Source: Spirochaetota bacterium (GTDB taxonomy: Bacteria; Spirochaetota; UBA4802; UBA5550). From it: a DNA stretch of 64,000 nucleotides. The notes beneath the pieces were generated by a model. The model was not told the origin of the DNA. It saw only the letters and a list, made by a program, of their open reading frames with translations, and searched no databases. How positions within the stretch are numbered: position 1 is the first letter of the stretch; every line of letters starts with the position of its first letter. The position numbers were made by a program, and so were the translations under genes. The stretch spans positions 2,848,001 through 2,912,000 of the forward strand of contig CAXXHB010000003.1 of the NCBI GenBank assembly GCA_963664815.2, in the 5' to 3' direction. This document shows, piece after piece, positions 1 through 9,648 of the stretch.

Positions 1-417
1 CATATCATCATTTTCTTTTGCAATCTCTTTATTAATCTCATATTCATATTCTTCGAATTTACGGTCTTTTAACTTTTCCACAACTTTTTTATCTCTTGAG
101 GCAACAACAAGTTTTTCCCTTATTCTGTCCACTTCGGGCTGGATACTATCTATTCTTCTCTGTGCTTCTATTATAGCCCTCCTTGCTGTGTCAGTATACC
201 TCATTATTGACATTATCTCTTCCGCGGAAAACACTTCATTTTTTATTCTCTCACTATATTGAAGCTCATACTTTCTGATTTTTCCTTTTAATTCTTCCTG
301 GTAAACTCTTTCTTTATTCTGCATACTTAATACTTTCATTAATTCATTTTTTACTTCTGTTTCTCTCGCTTCCCTTATATCAAGAAGCTTCTGAAGATTA
401 AAACGGAATTTCTTCAC
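1..417 (-). CDS. fliJ: Flagellar export chaperone FliJ (3' end runs off the window)
   Basis: Not in the ORF track. GTG at 417 reads MKKFRFNLQKLLDIREARE..., the FliJ N-terminal signature. It lies directly downstream of fliI. Confidence 0.85.
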   Translation of the reverse strand, partial: MKKFRFNLQKLLDIREARETEVKNELMKVLSMQNKERVYQEELKGKIRKYELQYSERIKNEVFSAEEIMSIMRYTDTARRAIIEAQRRIDSIQPEVDRIREKLVVASRDKKVVEKLKDRKFEEYEYEINKEIAKENDDM

Positions 418-427
418 TTGCTGTTAC

Positions 428-1831
428 CTATCTCAGAATCTGTGCAAATGCCGGAACCTTAGAGGCAGATACAGGAGTTTTCGACTTCTTCTCTTCAGGA
501 ATCATCATCGCTATAATTTTTTCCCTTATTTTTACAAGATAATCCTGCTCATAAATTCCCTGCCGGAGAAAGCCATTCATTTCATTTATCATACTGATAG
601 CTCTGTCTACAACCGGGTTCGCTCCCCGGACATAACCTCCAAGATTAATCAAATCTTCAGCATCAGTATATGCCGCAAGAAGTTCCCTGAATGTATAAGC
701 TGCCTTAAGGTGCTTTTCATCAACGACATCTTTCATACATCTTGAAACAGAGGCAAGCACATCCACAGCCGGGTAATGGCCTTTATTCGCAAATTTGCGA
801 TCTAATACTATGTGGCCATCCAGTATTCCTCTCGCAGCATCAGCGATAGGCTCATTCATATCATCACCTTCCACGAGGACACTATAAAAACCGGTTATAC
901 TGCCGCCTGAAGAACTTGTCCCGGCTCTTTCAAGAAGTTTAGGCATCATACTAAATACGGAGGGTGGATATCCTCTTGTAGCTGATGGTTCACCAGCAGC
1001 AAGACCAACTTCACGTTGAGCCATTGCAAACCTTGTCACTGAATCCATCAGCAAATTGACTGCCATCCCCTGATCCCGAAAATATTCTGCTATTGCATGG
1101 GCTACGAAAGCACCTCTGAGTCTTATCATTGGAGGCTGATCTGATGTTGCAGCAACTACTACTGATCTTTTAATACCCTCCGGGCCAAGTTCCTTTTCAA
1201 CGAAATCCTTAACCTCACGCCCCCTTTCACCGATGAGGGCAATTACATTCACATCTGCATCAGTATATCTCGCGATCATACCGATCACTGTTGATTTACC
1301 CACGCCTGAACCGGAAAAGATACCTATTCTCTGTCCACGCCCGACAGTAATCAGAGAATCTATTGATCTAATCCCGACTGATAATGGTTCACTTATTACT
1401 CTTCTATCAAGTGGATTAATCTCTTTCCCTTCAATTGGATACTTTACCCGTGTGAAAATTTCACCTTTCCCATCAAGGGGCTTTCCTATCCCTGATATAA
1501 CTCTGCCTATAAGTTCCTTTCCAACAGGAATCATTAAAGATCCGCCGACAGAATAGACTTCTGCTCCTGACACGACACCCTTCATGTCGCCAATCGGCAT
1601 AAGCACAACTCTGTTCCTGTTAAATCCAACTACTTCCGCATAAAGATACTGACTCGGACCGGTTTTAATTTTACAAAGATCCCCGTACCTGACAGATGGT
1701 CCGACAGATTCAATCGTCAACCCGACTATTCTTTCCACAGTCCCTGTAAATTTTATAACTTCAAGCTCATCAATCAGATCTCTGTATTTTGAAAGTACAT
1801 CAATCTTCTCATGTGGAAGTATATTTATCAA
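428..1831 (-). CDS. fliI: Flagellum-specific export ATPase FliI
   Basis: Walker A GSGVGKST, IALIGERGREV, DSVTRFAMAQRE and ARGILDGHIVL motifs; AAGGAG RBS before the TTG; flagellar context. Confidence 0.97.
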   Translation of the reverse strand: MINILPHEKIDVLSKYRDLIDELEVIKFTGTVERIVGLTIESVGPSVRYGDLCKIKTGPSQYLYAEVVGFNRNRVVLMPIGDMKGVVSGAEVYSVGGSLMIPVGKELIGRVISGIGKPLDGKGEIFTRVKYPIEGKEINPLDRRVISEPLSVGIRSIDSLITVGRGQRIGIFSGSGVGKSTVIGMIARYTDADVNVIALIGERGREVKDFVEKELGPEGIKRSVVVAATSDQPPMIRLRGAFVAHAIAEYFRDQGMAVNLLMDSVTRFAMAQREVGLAAGEPSATRGYPPSVFSMMPKLLERAGTSSSGGSITGFYSVLVEGDDMNEPIADAARGILDGHIVLDRKFANKGHYPAVDVLASVSRCMKDVVDEKHLKAAYTFRELLAAYTDAEDLINLGGYVRGANPVVDRAISMINEMNGFLRQGIYEQDYLVKIREKIIAMMIPEEKKSKTPVSASKVPAFAQILR

Positions 1832-1888
1832 TATTATGTCTCCTTATAGAACTAAACAAATCCGGATTTTTTTAATCCGGACTTCATT

Positions 1889-2815
1889 TTACAGCGTACT
1901 TGTGTTTCTAATGGCTTCTTCTATTGCATCAAGCTGAGTTGAAATTCTGGCATCAATTGCACCGACATCAGTTTCAATAATACACCCACCTCTTTCAACC
2001 CTTGAATCCTCATATATATTAACCTTTTTAAGAGATTCCATCATTTTTATAAGCTCGTCTTTATGAGCTGTTGTCATATCAAGATCGGCAAAATTAACGC
2101 GTATATCAATTCTGTCTCTGTCTTTAACTCGCTTAATCGCTTCTTTTATATTGTTGATTACAACTTCCCTTCTTTCAACAATTTCATCTTTGATTACCTT
2201 TCTTGCTATCATAAGAATCATCTCAGTCATAAGTTTTTCTGATGACTTGATAATGTCATCTCTTATATCAACAGCTGTAGATACTATGGTTCCAAGTCTG
2301 TCTATAAGCCTCATTACCTCAGCCTGTCCCTCTTTATATCCTTCTTCACGTCCGGCTTCATGTCCCTTCATGTAGGCATCATGTTCGATCTCAGAAACTT
2401 TTTTTTCTGCTTCAAGAATAATTTTTTCTGCCTCAAAATTACTCCTTTCAACTTCCCGCTCAGATTCAGAGCTATGCCTCTCCTTCTCTATTTTTATCTG
2501 TTCTCTGACTTTTTCAAGTTCGGCGAATGCAACAGCCTTACCTTCCTCTTCAATTTTACGTGTCCTCTCTCTGGCCTGCTCGAGCATTATTCTTACTTCT
2601 TCTTCAGTTTCGCGTCTGTAACGCTCCAGCTCGGCCTCCATCTCCTCTATTGATGGACCCTGGTAGATATCAATAGGATTACCAGCTTCATCCATTTCAA
2701 ATTCATGATAATCTTCAGTATCAATGAGATTTTTCTGGTATTTTGCCGGCAATTCCACCTGCTTCACAGCTGTTATGTGCTGGATTTCTCCGGGTTTAAA
2801 AACTAACTTAGACAA
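1889..2815 (-). CDS. fliH: Flagellar assembly protein FliH
   Basis: GxxxG repeats (KGHEAGREEGYKEG), C-terminal GGCIIETDVGAIDARI; sits between fliG and fliI. Confidence 0.95.
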   Translation of the reverse strand: MSKLVFKPGEIQHITAVKQVELPAKYQKNLIDTEDYHEFEMDEAGNPIDIYQGPSIEEMEAELERYRRETEEEVRIMLEQARERTRKIEEEGKAVAFAELEKVREQIKIEKERHSSESEREVERSNFEAEKIILEAEKKVSEIEHDAYMKGHEAGREEGYKEGQAEVMRLIDRLGTIVSTAVDIRDDIIKSSEKLMTEMILMIARKVIKDEIVERREVVINNIKEAIKRVKDRDRIDIRVNFADLDMTTAHKDELIKMMESLKKVNIYEDSRVERGGCIIETDVGAIDARISTQLDAIEEAIRNTSTL

Positions 2816-3824
2816 CTAGTTCCTCCTCTCCAGTACGGGCAACAACTATCTCGCCTGCATCCTCAAGTTTTCTTATAATATTAACAATCTTCTGCTGTGC
2901 TTCTTCAACGTCACGCAACCTTATAGGACCCATAAAATCCATATCTTCACTGAGCAAAGAAGCCGCACGTTTGGACATGTTCCTGAAAATTTTCTCCTGT
3001 ACCTCATTATCGACACCCTTAAGAGCTTTTGCAAGTTCCTGAGTATCAACCTCGCGTAGTACTTTTTGGATTGATCTGTCATCAAGCAGCACAATGTCCT
3101 CGAAAACAAACATTCTTTTTTTAATCTCTTCAGCAAGTTCAGGATCTTCTTCTTCAAGAGCCTCTATAATAATCTTTTCTGTTCCACGGTCAACATTATT
3201 CAATATTTCAACAACAGTATCTATACCACCTGCCTGAGTAAAATCCTCACTTGCAAGTGTTGACAGCTTCCGTTCAAGAACCCGTTCGACCTCTCTTAGA
3301 ACATCCGGAGAAGTTCTTTTCATTTCTGCTATACGGCGGGCAACGTCAGCCTGAACATTATGAGGAAGCTCGGCAAGAATCTGAGCTCCCTTCTGAGAAT
3401 CAAGATATGCAAGAATAAGAGCGATGGTTTGTGGATGTTCACCCTGTATAAAGTTAAGAAGGTGAGACGGGTCTGTTCTTCTTATAAAGTCAAACGGCCT
3501 TACCTGCAGTGAAGAAGTTAATCTGTTTACTATATCTATTGCTTTTTGTGTGCCAAGAGCTCTTTCAAGAATATCACGGGCATAGTCTATTCCCCCCTGG
3601 GTAATAAACTCCTGTGCCATCATCATTTCCTGGAATTCCTGAAGGACCTTGTCTTTATCGTCAGGTTCAACTTTATCAAGTCGGGCGATTTCAAATGTCA
3701 GTGTTTCAATCTCATCTTCCCGGAGATGTTTAAACACCTCCGAGGAGACATCTGACCCGAGGGTAACGAGAAATACGGCTGCTTTCTGTTTGCCCGTCAA
3801 CTGAGATTTTTTAGACTGAAGCAT
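2808..3824 (-). CDS. fliG: Flagellar motor switch protein FliG
   Basis: LTGKQKAAVFL, EHPQTIALIL, GGIDTVVEIL and MFVFED motifs. Confidence 0.98.
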   Translation of the reverse strand: MLQSKKSQLTGKQKAAVFLVTLGSDVSSEVFKHLREDEIETLTFEIARLDKVEPDDKDKVLQEFQEMMMAQEFITQGGIDYARDILERALGTQKAIDIVNRLTSSLQVRPFDFIRRTDPSHLLNFIQGEHPQTIALILAYLDSQKGAQILAELPHNVQADVARRIAEMKRTSPDVLREVERVLERKLSTLASEDFTQAGGIDTVVEILNNVDRGTEKIIIEALEEEDPELAEEIKKRMFVFEDIVLLDDRSIQKVLREVDTQELAKALKGVDNEVQEKIFRNMSKRAASLLSEDMDFMGPIRLRDVEEAQQKIVNIIRKLEDAGEIVVARTGEEELVV

Positions 3825-3903
3825 TTATTAACCCCACAACTTATAAAAAAAATACAAGCCGATAATATTTACCGGCCGGAAAAACAGATTACATTTATAT
3901 ATC

Positions 3904-3933
3904 AATATATCGGCATAAAACCGTCTTTGTCAA
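3904..3933 (-). promoter_or_regulatory. Candidate internal promoter upstream of fliG (sigma70-like, overlapping a sigma28-like -10)
   Basis: Minus strand reads TTGACA-N18-TATATT, with GCCGATAT (sigma28 -10 consensus GCCGATAA) at 3907-3914. Confidence 0.45.
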
Positions 3934-3942
3934 ATTAAAAAA

Positions 3943-5643
3943 CTATTCCTCTGCAAGCCATGTTCGTAAAAGCTGAGCCACATCATCCGGTCTTTCTTTT
4001 GCAAGCTGTAGTGCACTCTGCTGTAATTCCAGCCGGGCTCTTTCTTCAAGTGAAAGTTCAACATCAATACCTTCCTCTTCTGCTGCTTTAAGAGCTGCTT
4101 CCCTCATCCTCTGCTGTTCAAGGGCAAGAGATTCTTCCTTAGCTCGCCTTCTCCTTTCAAGTTCTTTCTGCACAGCCCTGAAAAGAATGAAACCTACAAA
4201 TAACGCAACCACACCAATGAGAGCTGCAAGAAGAAGCATCTTCATCTGCTCTTTTTTTCTATATTCATCCCTTAAGGAGTTCCAGTAGTTTGCCCTGTCA
4301 AACATTATGTTTTCAACAGCAACCTGATCACCCCTTGCATCATCATAATTGATAGCTTTTTTAACCATGTTTTCGGCTTTCTTCAAATCCTCCGGGGTTA
4401 AAGGAGTTTGAATAGGTTTCTTCGCAGGATCAAGATCATATTCCCCATTAGGAAGTCTTGGTAAATCCTGCACACCGTCAATAGCTATTGCAACAGTTAC
4501 ACGGGTTACATTATAGGGAGCTCTTGCTATTGACCTTGTTGTTTTATTTACTGCATTATTTTCAATTTCTTCAGATTTATCATATTTTGAAAATTGATCA
4601 TCGCTTGCCTTATAACCGGGAGGTGTATTGGATTCTGTCCCGGCAGGTCCTTCCGGATTCCATCCATGTCCCTGAAAATTTTCTTTTGTATTTTTCTTCG
4701 AAACCACAAGCGAATCCTGGATCTTTCTCTCTGAATATGGGGTTTTGGGATCATCAGGAACCATAGTAATCGGAGTATGTTCTGTCTGTTCTTCTGTAAT
4801 TTTATCCCAGTTAAACTCCATATTAAGCCTGACAACCTGTATTCTGTCAGCAGAATATATTCTTTCAAGACCTTCGCGAATGTCTTTCAGCAGTCTTGTC
4901 CTTGCTTTCTCTTCAATCTTTTTTCTATACTCAATTATAGTATATTCTTTTTTCTCATTTTCATAATCATCATCAAAATCAGATATAATCTTACCTGTCT
5001 CATCAGTTACCGTAACATTTTCAGGTTTAAGCCTTGGGCCTACTGCTCTTGATACAAGATACATTATCCCTTTTATTTCCTTCATACTCAGCTTGTCATA
5101 ACCGGGCTTTTTGTAGACTGTAACTGCTGCAGTATAAGCGGTATTATTGTCACTGTATAGACTATCTTCCGACATGGCAATTTGTACTATAGATTTATCA
5201 ACGCTCTCTAAAGCATCAATATGCATCTGAGTCGCCCCTTCCAGGGCTCGCTGATATTTTACATCAAATTCCCTGTCAGTTTCAGTCCAACTCGATACAT
5301 CAAAGAGTTTAAATCCGGGAATACCCTTGGGGAGCATATTTTCCTGTGCTAAACGTGTTACAATTACAGGCCTTTCGGCAGGTTTGACAAAAATTGATGT
5401 AGTTCCCGATGTTTCATAATAGAATCCCATTTCATCGAGCTTTTTAGTCATCTGGCCGAAATCATCCGATGAAAGATCAGCAAAAAGAAGAGCGTTTGGC
5501 TTCGCACTTGAGACTGAAAAAAGTACTATGAATGCAACTATTACAACAGCTATAACCACTCCGACTATTATTCTTTTAGTACGGTCGAGTTTGTTGTATA
5601 TATCCTTAACCTGCTCCATAATTTTTTTAAAAAATTCACCCAT
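3943..5643 (-). CDS. fliF: Flagellar MS-ring protein FliF
   Basis: Two TM segments flanking a large periplasmic region; GFKLFD, RGDQVAV and C-terminal AQLLRTWLAEE. Start moved to the ATG at 5643 because of a GGAGGGG RBS. Confidence 0.95.
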   Translation of the reverse strand: MGEFFKKIMEQVKDIYNKLDRTKRIIVGVVIAVVIVAFIVLFSVSSAKPNALLFADLSSDDFGQMTKKLDEMGFYYETSGTTSIFVKPAERPVIVTRLAQENMLPKGIPGFKLFDVSSWTETDREFDVKYQRALEGATQMHIDALESVDKSIVQIAMSEDSLYSDNNTAYTAAVTVYKKPGYDKLSMKEIKGIMYLVSRAVGPRLKPENVTVTDETGKIISDFDDDYENEKKEYTIIEYRKKIEEKARTRLLKDIREGLERIYSADRIQVVRLNMEFNWDKITEEQTEHTPITMVPDDPKTPYSERKIQDSLVVSKKNTKENFQGHGWNPEGPAGTESNTPPGYKASDDQFSKYDKSEEIENNAVNKTTRSIARAPYNVTRVTVAIAIDGVQDLPRLPNGEYDLDPAKKPIQTPLTPEDLKKAENMVKKAINYDDARGDQVAVENIMFDRANYWNSLRDEYRKKEQMKMLLLAALIGVVALFVGFILFRAVQKELERRRRAKEESLALEQQRMREAALKAAEEEGIDVELSLEERARLELQQSALQLAKERPDDVAQLLRTWLAEE

Positions 5644-5812
5644 CTGCCCCCCTCCGGATAAGGAACTGAAATAAGTCATAAACTAATGTGACATAATACT
5701 TTTATAAAGCCCATTAAAAATTGTCAATTAATTTCCTTATATTTCCTGTTAAATGGAGAAATAATGTCTATTTTACCTTCAGTATTTATCCATTTAACCC
5801 GCTAATGACAGA

Positions 5813-6139
5813 TTATCTTAAGTTTATCAATTCCCGGTAAGCATTGATCGCTCCATCACGGACTGCCTTGGTAAGACCAAGCGCAATTTCAGCTTTCTGG
5901 GTAGCCACCATCACCTGATGAATGTCAACTGTCTCAGGTTTAACCACCATCTGCTGCATAAGGGTTTCGGCATCGACCTGCAGATCATTAGTCTTGGAGA
6001 TTACACTATTCAGCATATCTGCAAAAGAACCTGAAATATCATCCTTATCACGTTCTATTTTTGCATCCGCTCCGAAATGAAGAGGGTCAGTAGTATTAAG
6101 TTTTATTATGTGACCAGAAACTGCATTTGAATTTATCAT
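5813..6139 (-). CDS. fliE: Flagellar hook-basal body protein FliE
   Basis: SFADML...DIHQVMVATQKAEIAL...VRDGAINAYRELIN pattern. Start placed at the ATG at 6139. Confidence 0.92.
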   Translation of the reverse strand: MINSNAVSGHIIKLNTTDPLHFGADAKIERDKDDISGSFADMLNSVISKTNDLQVDAETLMQQMVVKPETVDIHQVMVATQKAEIALGLTKAVRDGAINAYRELINLR

Positions 6140-6259
6140 TTTTTTCAACACCCCATTTTATTTATTACATCCTGACGAACCACTTCTCAGTAATCCCTTT
6201 ATAAAATCTACCGCTATAACATATACATTTTTACGACAGCTTACTTTGAACAATGTTTA

Positions 6260-6403
6260 TCATGCATACTTCATTTCAATTTTTGAATCGATAGAATATT
6301 CGTTTTCAATTCTGCATATTTTCTCAAATTTTCTGGTATTTATCTTACCGGAAAGTTCATGCGATGTTTTAATCTCATTCATTCTTATTGTTTCTCTGAG
6401 CAT
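6260..6403 (-). CDS. Small hypothetical protein (47 aa) between flgC and fliE
   Basis: Below the track's length cutoff. AAGGAGG RBS, then MLRETIRMNEIKTSHELSGKINTRKFEKICRIENEYSIDSKIEMKYA*; same strand as the operon. Confidence 0.55.
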   Translation of the reverse strand: MLRETIRMNEIKTSHELSGKINTRKFEKICRIENEYSIDSKIEMKYA

Positions 6404-6425
6404 CAGAATCCTCCTTATATTACGA

Positions 6426-6893
6426 TTATGCCCCTACTCTGCCTATCTCAAGAGCCTTGGCAAACATAGATTTTGCATTGTTTACTATCATTACATTTGC
6501 TTCATAAGATCTTGATGCCGAAATCAGATCTGTCATTTCAGTAACAACATTGATATTTGGCATCCTGACATAACCTTTTTCAGGACCTGTCTGTATTGCA
6601 TCCGGATGTGATGGATCATATACCAGCCTGAATGGTGTACTGTCTTTCTCTATTTTTACAACTCTTACACCCTGTCCCGCACCATGATCAATTCCTTCAG
6701 GGACTAATGGAGATTTATAACTCGGTCTTATATTTACCGGAGCGAATATTGCCCTCTTTCTTGCATAAGGTCCGTCATTCTCTGTCGTCCGGGTTGTTGT
6801 TGCATTTGCTATATTATCACTTATTACGTCCATCCTTAAACGTTGCGCCGTAAGGCCGGTTGATGCTATATTAAAACTGTCAAACATTCCCAT
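6426..6893 (-). CDS. flgC: Flagellar basal-body rod protein FlgC
   Basis: GLTAQRLRMDVISDNIANA, YDPSHPDA and GYVRMPNINVVTEMTDLISASRSYEAN motifs. Confidence 0.97.
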   Translation of the reverse strand: MGMFDSFNIASTGLTAQRLRMDVISDNIANATTTRTTENDGPYARKRAIFAPVNIRPSYKSPLVPEGIDHGAGQGVRVVKIEKDSTPFRLVYDPSHPDAIQTGPEKGYVRMPNINVVTEMTDLISASRSYEANVMIVNNAKSMFAKALEIGRVGA

Positions 6894-7016
6894 TTTAAAT
6901 CCCCTTCTTTATCAGACATTATAAATCTTTCTTTTACAGCACATAAAGCCTTTGCCAGTTCAGAAAAATCCGGGTAAAGGGCTTATACAATTACAAATTT
7001 TTGTTACTTCTTTTAA

Positions 7017-7445
7017 TTATACTGTCTTGAGAACCATTTTAATCATTTTGTAATTATGATTCAAACCACTTACAAGAGCATTATATCTCATCATGTTTTT
7101 TGAAGAATCAACCATCTCTTTCTCAATATCCACGTTATTTCCGTCATTTCTATATGTAGTACTGTAATCAAGATTAATTCTCGGTTCAACAGACCGAACA
7201 TCTTGATCAATGGAAAATGGTATATGCCTTTCATCTGTCAGAATAGCAGGAAGCTTCTCCGCATTCCTGGAATTGCTTTTTATAGCTCTGTTGAGTTCAC
7301 TTTCGAAATTCACTTCACTTCTTTTGAAATGAGGAACATCATTATTTGCAATATTATCTGCTATTACCTTTTTTCTCAATGATTCAACATCAAGAGATTT
7401 TTCTAAAAGATAATTTGTACCCATCATGCTGCTTGCTTCGAACAT
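7017..7445 (-). CDS. flgB: Flagellar basal-body rod protein FlgB
   Basis: VIADNIANNDVPHFK and RNDGNNVDIEKEM motifs; GAGG RBS before the ATG at 7445. Confidence 0.96.
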   Translation of the reverse strand: MFEASSMMGTNYLLEKSLDVESLRKKVIADNIANNDVPHFKRSEVNFESELNRAIKSNSRNAEKLPAILTDERHIPFSIDQDVRSVEPRINLDYSTTYRNDGNNVDIEKEMVDSSKNMMRYNALVSGLNHNYKMIKMVLKTV

Positions 7446-7645
7446 ATCCAACCTCTTAAAATAAACCTATCTACCTTCATATTCGGTAAAATTAAAAATT
7501 CCATAAGCACTTTTTTTTATGAGACATAACTTTTTTAAGTTATTAAAGAGAGACACCATGCAACATAAACACAAACCACATAAAGCTGGCAACAACCCAC
7601 ATTTTTAAACCGGCGGCATCACAACAAAGAAACCAGTTTCGAGCT

Positions 7646-7753
7646 TAAACCTGTTATAAGTATAATTCTGTACACGATTACAGGATTTAAGGATTTCCTG
7701 CGGATAGAGGTATCGTACACCAACGTTATCCACGTTGGGCATCAACAGGTTTA
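7646..7753. mobile_element. MITE-like element (108 bp)
   Basis: 10-bp terminal inverted repeats TAAACCTGTT / AACAGGTTTA. Its left 51 bp recur at 58556-58606 (46/51 identical by eye). Confidence 0.5.
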
Positions 7754-7813
7754 TGATCAACACCACTGCAGATTTATGATAAAAACCAGACTCTCTTTAC
7801 AGAAAAGTCAATA

Positions 7814-7925
7814 TCGCTTTAATTTCGTTTCAATTCCGCCTCAAACACGCTAATGACAGCTATAAACGCGTGTTTTTCTCTGCCGGTAACGGAGTTGAAA
7901 CGGTATTGAAACGGTTTTTAACAGG
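7814..7925. repeat. Two head-to-head arrays of four 11-bp phased repeats (approx. YCGTTTCAAYW)
   Basis: Plus strand: tcgctttaatt, tcgtttcaatt, ccgcctcaaac, acgctaatgac (7814-7857). Minus strand: cctgttaaaaa, ccgtttcaata, ccgtttcaact, ccgttaccggc (7925-7882). 24-bp spacer between them. Confidence 0.6.
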
Positions 7926-8399
7926 GTCTTCATACTGCTGAAACACCGTTTTGGCAGATGAGTCTCTCTCTTTTACTGCATTTGTATCATTCTTTCTATT
8001 TTCTGTTTTGCTGTTTTCAGGACATGAGATTGTATAATATGTATCTTCACAGGGAGATGATACACCCACTGCACCTTCTGTTACACTGCTTCCAGATGGA
8101 GATACCGGTGAACCTGGTGCAATACCACGAAGGTATTCCGACATAAAGAGATTGTACCCTGCTTTCTTCTTTCTCTTTGCCCTGTTTTTGTAAAGTGTCT
8201 TCTCCTCCTCCGGGAGTACCTGCCATGCCTTTACGCTGCCGCTGAAATTACCCCTGCACTTCACCTGTGGTTCTGTACGGGGATTCCTGGGAATTGTGCG
8301 CCTTTTAATGTAGATCTTTCCATATCGTCTGTAAAGCACAAGACCGTCCAGGCCTCCATGTGCAGTTCTTAAATAGGGATGAAGCTTTACTTTTGCCAT
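7860..8399 (-). CDS. Basic hypothetical protein, putative nucleic-acid binding, with HMG-box-like helices and a low-complexity tail
   Basis: AAGGAG RBS before MAKVKLHPYL at 8399. The N-terminal ~90 aa are K/R-rich and include PRNPRTEPQ, AWQVLPEEEKTLYKNRA and GYNLFMSEYL. Confidence 0.7.
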   Translation of the reverse strand: MAKVKLHPYLRTAHGGLDGLVLYRRYGKIYIKRRTIPRNPRTEPQVKCRGNFSGSVKAWQVLPEEEKTLYKNRAKRKKKAGYNLFMSEYLRGIAPGSPVSPSGSSVTEGAVGVSSPCEDTYYTISCPENSKTENRKNDTNAVKERDSSAKTVFQQYEDPVKNRFNTVSTPLPAEKNTRL

Positions 8400-8590
8400 A
8401 CATCTACTCTCCTTATTTATTATTATTTTTTTATTGTTATATTGAGATTTATGTCTCTTATAGCCAGTCCGGAAAAGCAAATGACATGGGGCAAGCAGAA
8501 TTTTTAAAAATTTCAGGATTGGTTTATAAGCACAGTATTTAAGTCCACCTCCGGGGTATTTAAACAGGTGAGTTTATCAGATAATGTACT

Positions 8591-8650
8591 CCGAAGACCA
8601 TGGGCGCCGCACTGGACCTGTCGAAGTGTGAGAAGGCTTAGTGGTTACGG
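8591..8650. repeat. Degenerate REP-like palindromic element
   Basis: Imperfect hairpin with core CGCACTGGACCTGTCGAAGTGTG; a related core, CAGTGAGCCTGCAGAACTG, lies near 23718-23736. Confidence 0.35.
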
Positions 8651-8751
8651 CTGCTTAAGTGTACTATATCAACAACGGTGTAATGAACGACAGGCCGAAG
8701 GATTTTATGTATATAATGATTATGTTTCATCAATAAAGAGAAAAATCTTAA

Positions 8752-9405
8752 TTATTGTGAGAGAAGTAGAAATGCGAGTTTTTCAGGACTCTCTATCATG
8801 TATGTTGGTTCAGCTTCCTCAAGTTCAACCTTTTCACCATACCCGTATAAAACTGCAGCTGAATCAATCCCGTGATGCTTCGCTCCCTCAATATCGTATC
8901 TGCGATCACCGATCATTATTGTTTCAATCAACCTATCACTACCGATTCGGGGGATAAGCCTGTTGATAAGATCGACTTTAGCACTCATAGAACCATCCAT
9001 GTTGCTTCCTGATACATAATCAAAATAGTTTACTATCTCAAAATGTTCAAGAATCCGAAGTGAAAACTCCAGAGGTTTAGATGTAGCCACATACAGGATA
9101 CTGTTACTCTTTTTCAATTCAATCAACAAATCTCTTATCCCGGGATATAGCTGATTCTCATAGATTCCCTTTTCGGAGAAATACTCACGGTAATACCTTA
9201 CAGCCTCTTCAGCATCCTCTTTATCAAAACCATAATAAATGCCGAATGATTCGCGCAATGGAGGTCCGATAAATTTATACAAATCATGCCGATTGGCGTC
9301 TATACCAAATTTTTTCAGGGCATACATTATTGAGTTAGTTATACCTAGCCCTGGATCTGTAAGAGTTCCATCAAGGTCAAATATTATATATCTGTATTTT
9401 TTCAT
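8752..9405 (-). CDS. HAD-superfamily hydrolase (phosphoglycolate phosphatase/5'-nucleotidase-like)
   Basis: Motif I FDLDGTLTD, FIGPPL, VATSKP and motif IV MIGDRRYD. Confidence 0.9.
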   Translation of the reverse strand: MKKYRYIIFDLDGTLTDPGLGITNSIMYALKKFGIDANRHDLYKFIGPPLRESFGIYYGFDKEDAEEAVRYYREYFSEKGIYENQLYPGIRDLLIELKKSNSILYVATSKPLEFSLRILEHFEIVNYFDYVSGSNMDGSMSAKVDLINRLIPRIGSDRLIETIMIGDRRYDIEGAKHHGIDSAAVLYGYGEKVELEEAEPTYMIESPEKLAFLLLSQ

Positions 9406-9648
9406 TATTCTATGCTATAAAACGTAATAATGATTTTCAAGCAGTTATTTCAATCAATATTAAAGAACGGCCTCCAAAAGTTAGTTTTTGTAACCGCAGT
9501 GAACACTTCGTGATTTATTAAATAGTTATCACACCTTATACACTGTAAAAAATTATTGCAACTGCATAAGCACTTCAATGGGGAAAAACAGCCTTCAGCA
9601 CTGTAAACTGTAATGCATTAATTTTGATATACTCCATGACTCAGCATA

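Noticed and set aside
7814-7925. CRISPR array
   Set aside because: The units are 11 bp, contiguous and without spacers; no cas genes are present.
8568-8957. 129-aa plus-strand ORF, or an integron attC site downstream of the HAD gene
   Set aside because: The ORF crosses a palindromic repeat and is antisense to the HAD gene; no convincing RYYYAAC/GTTRRRY box pair or integrase was found.
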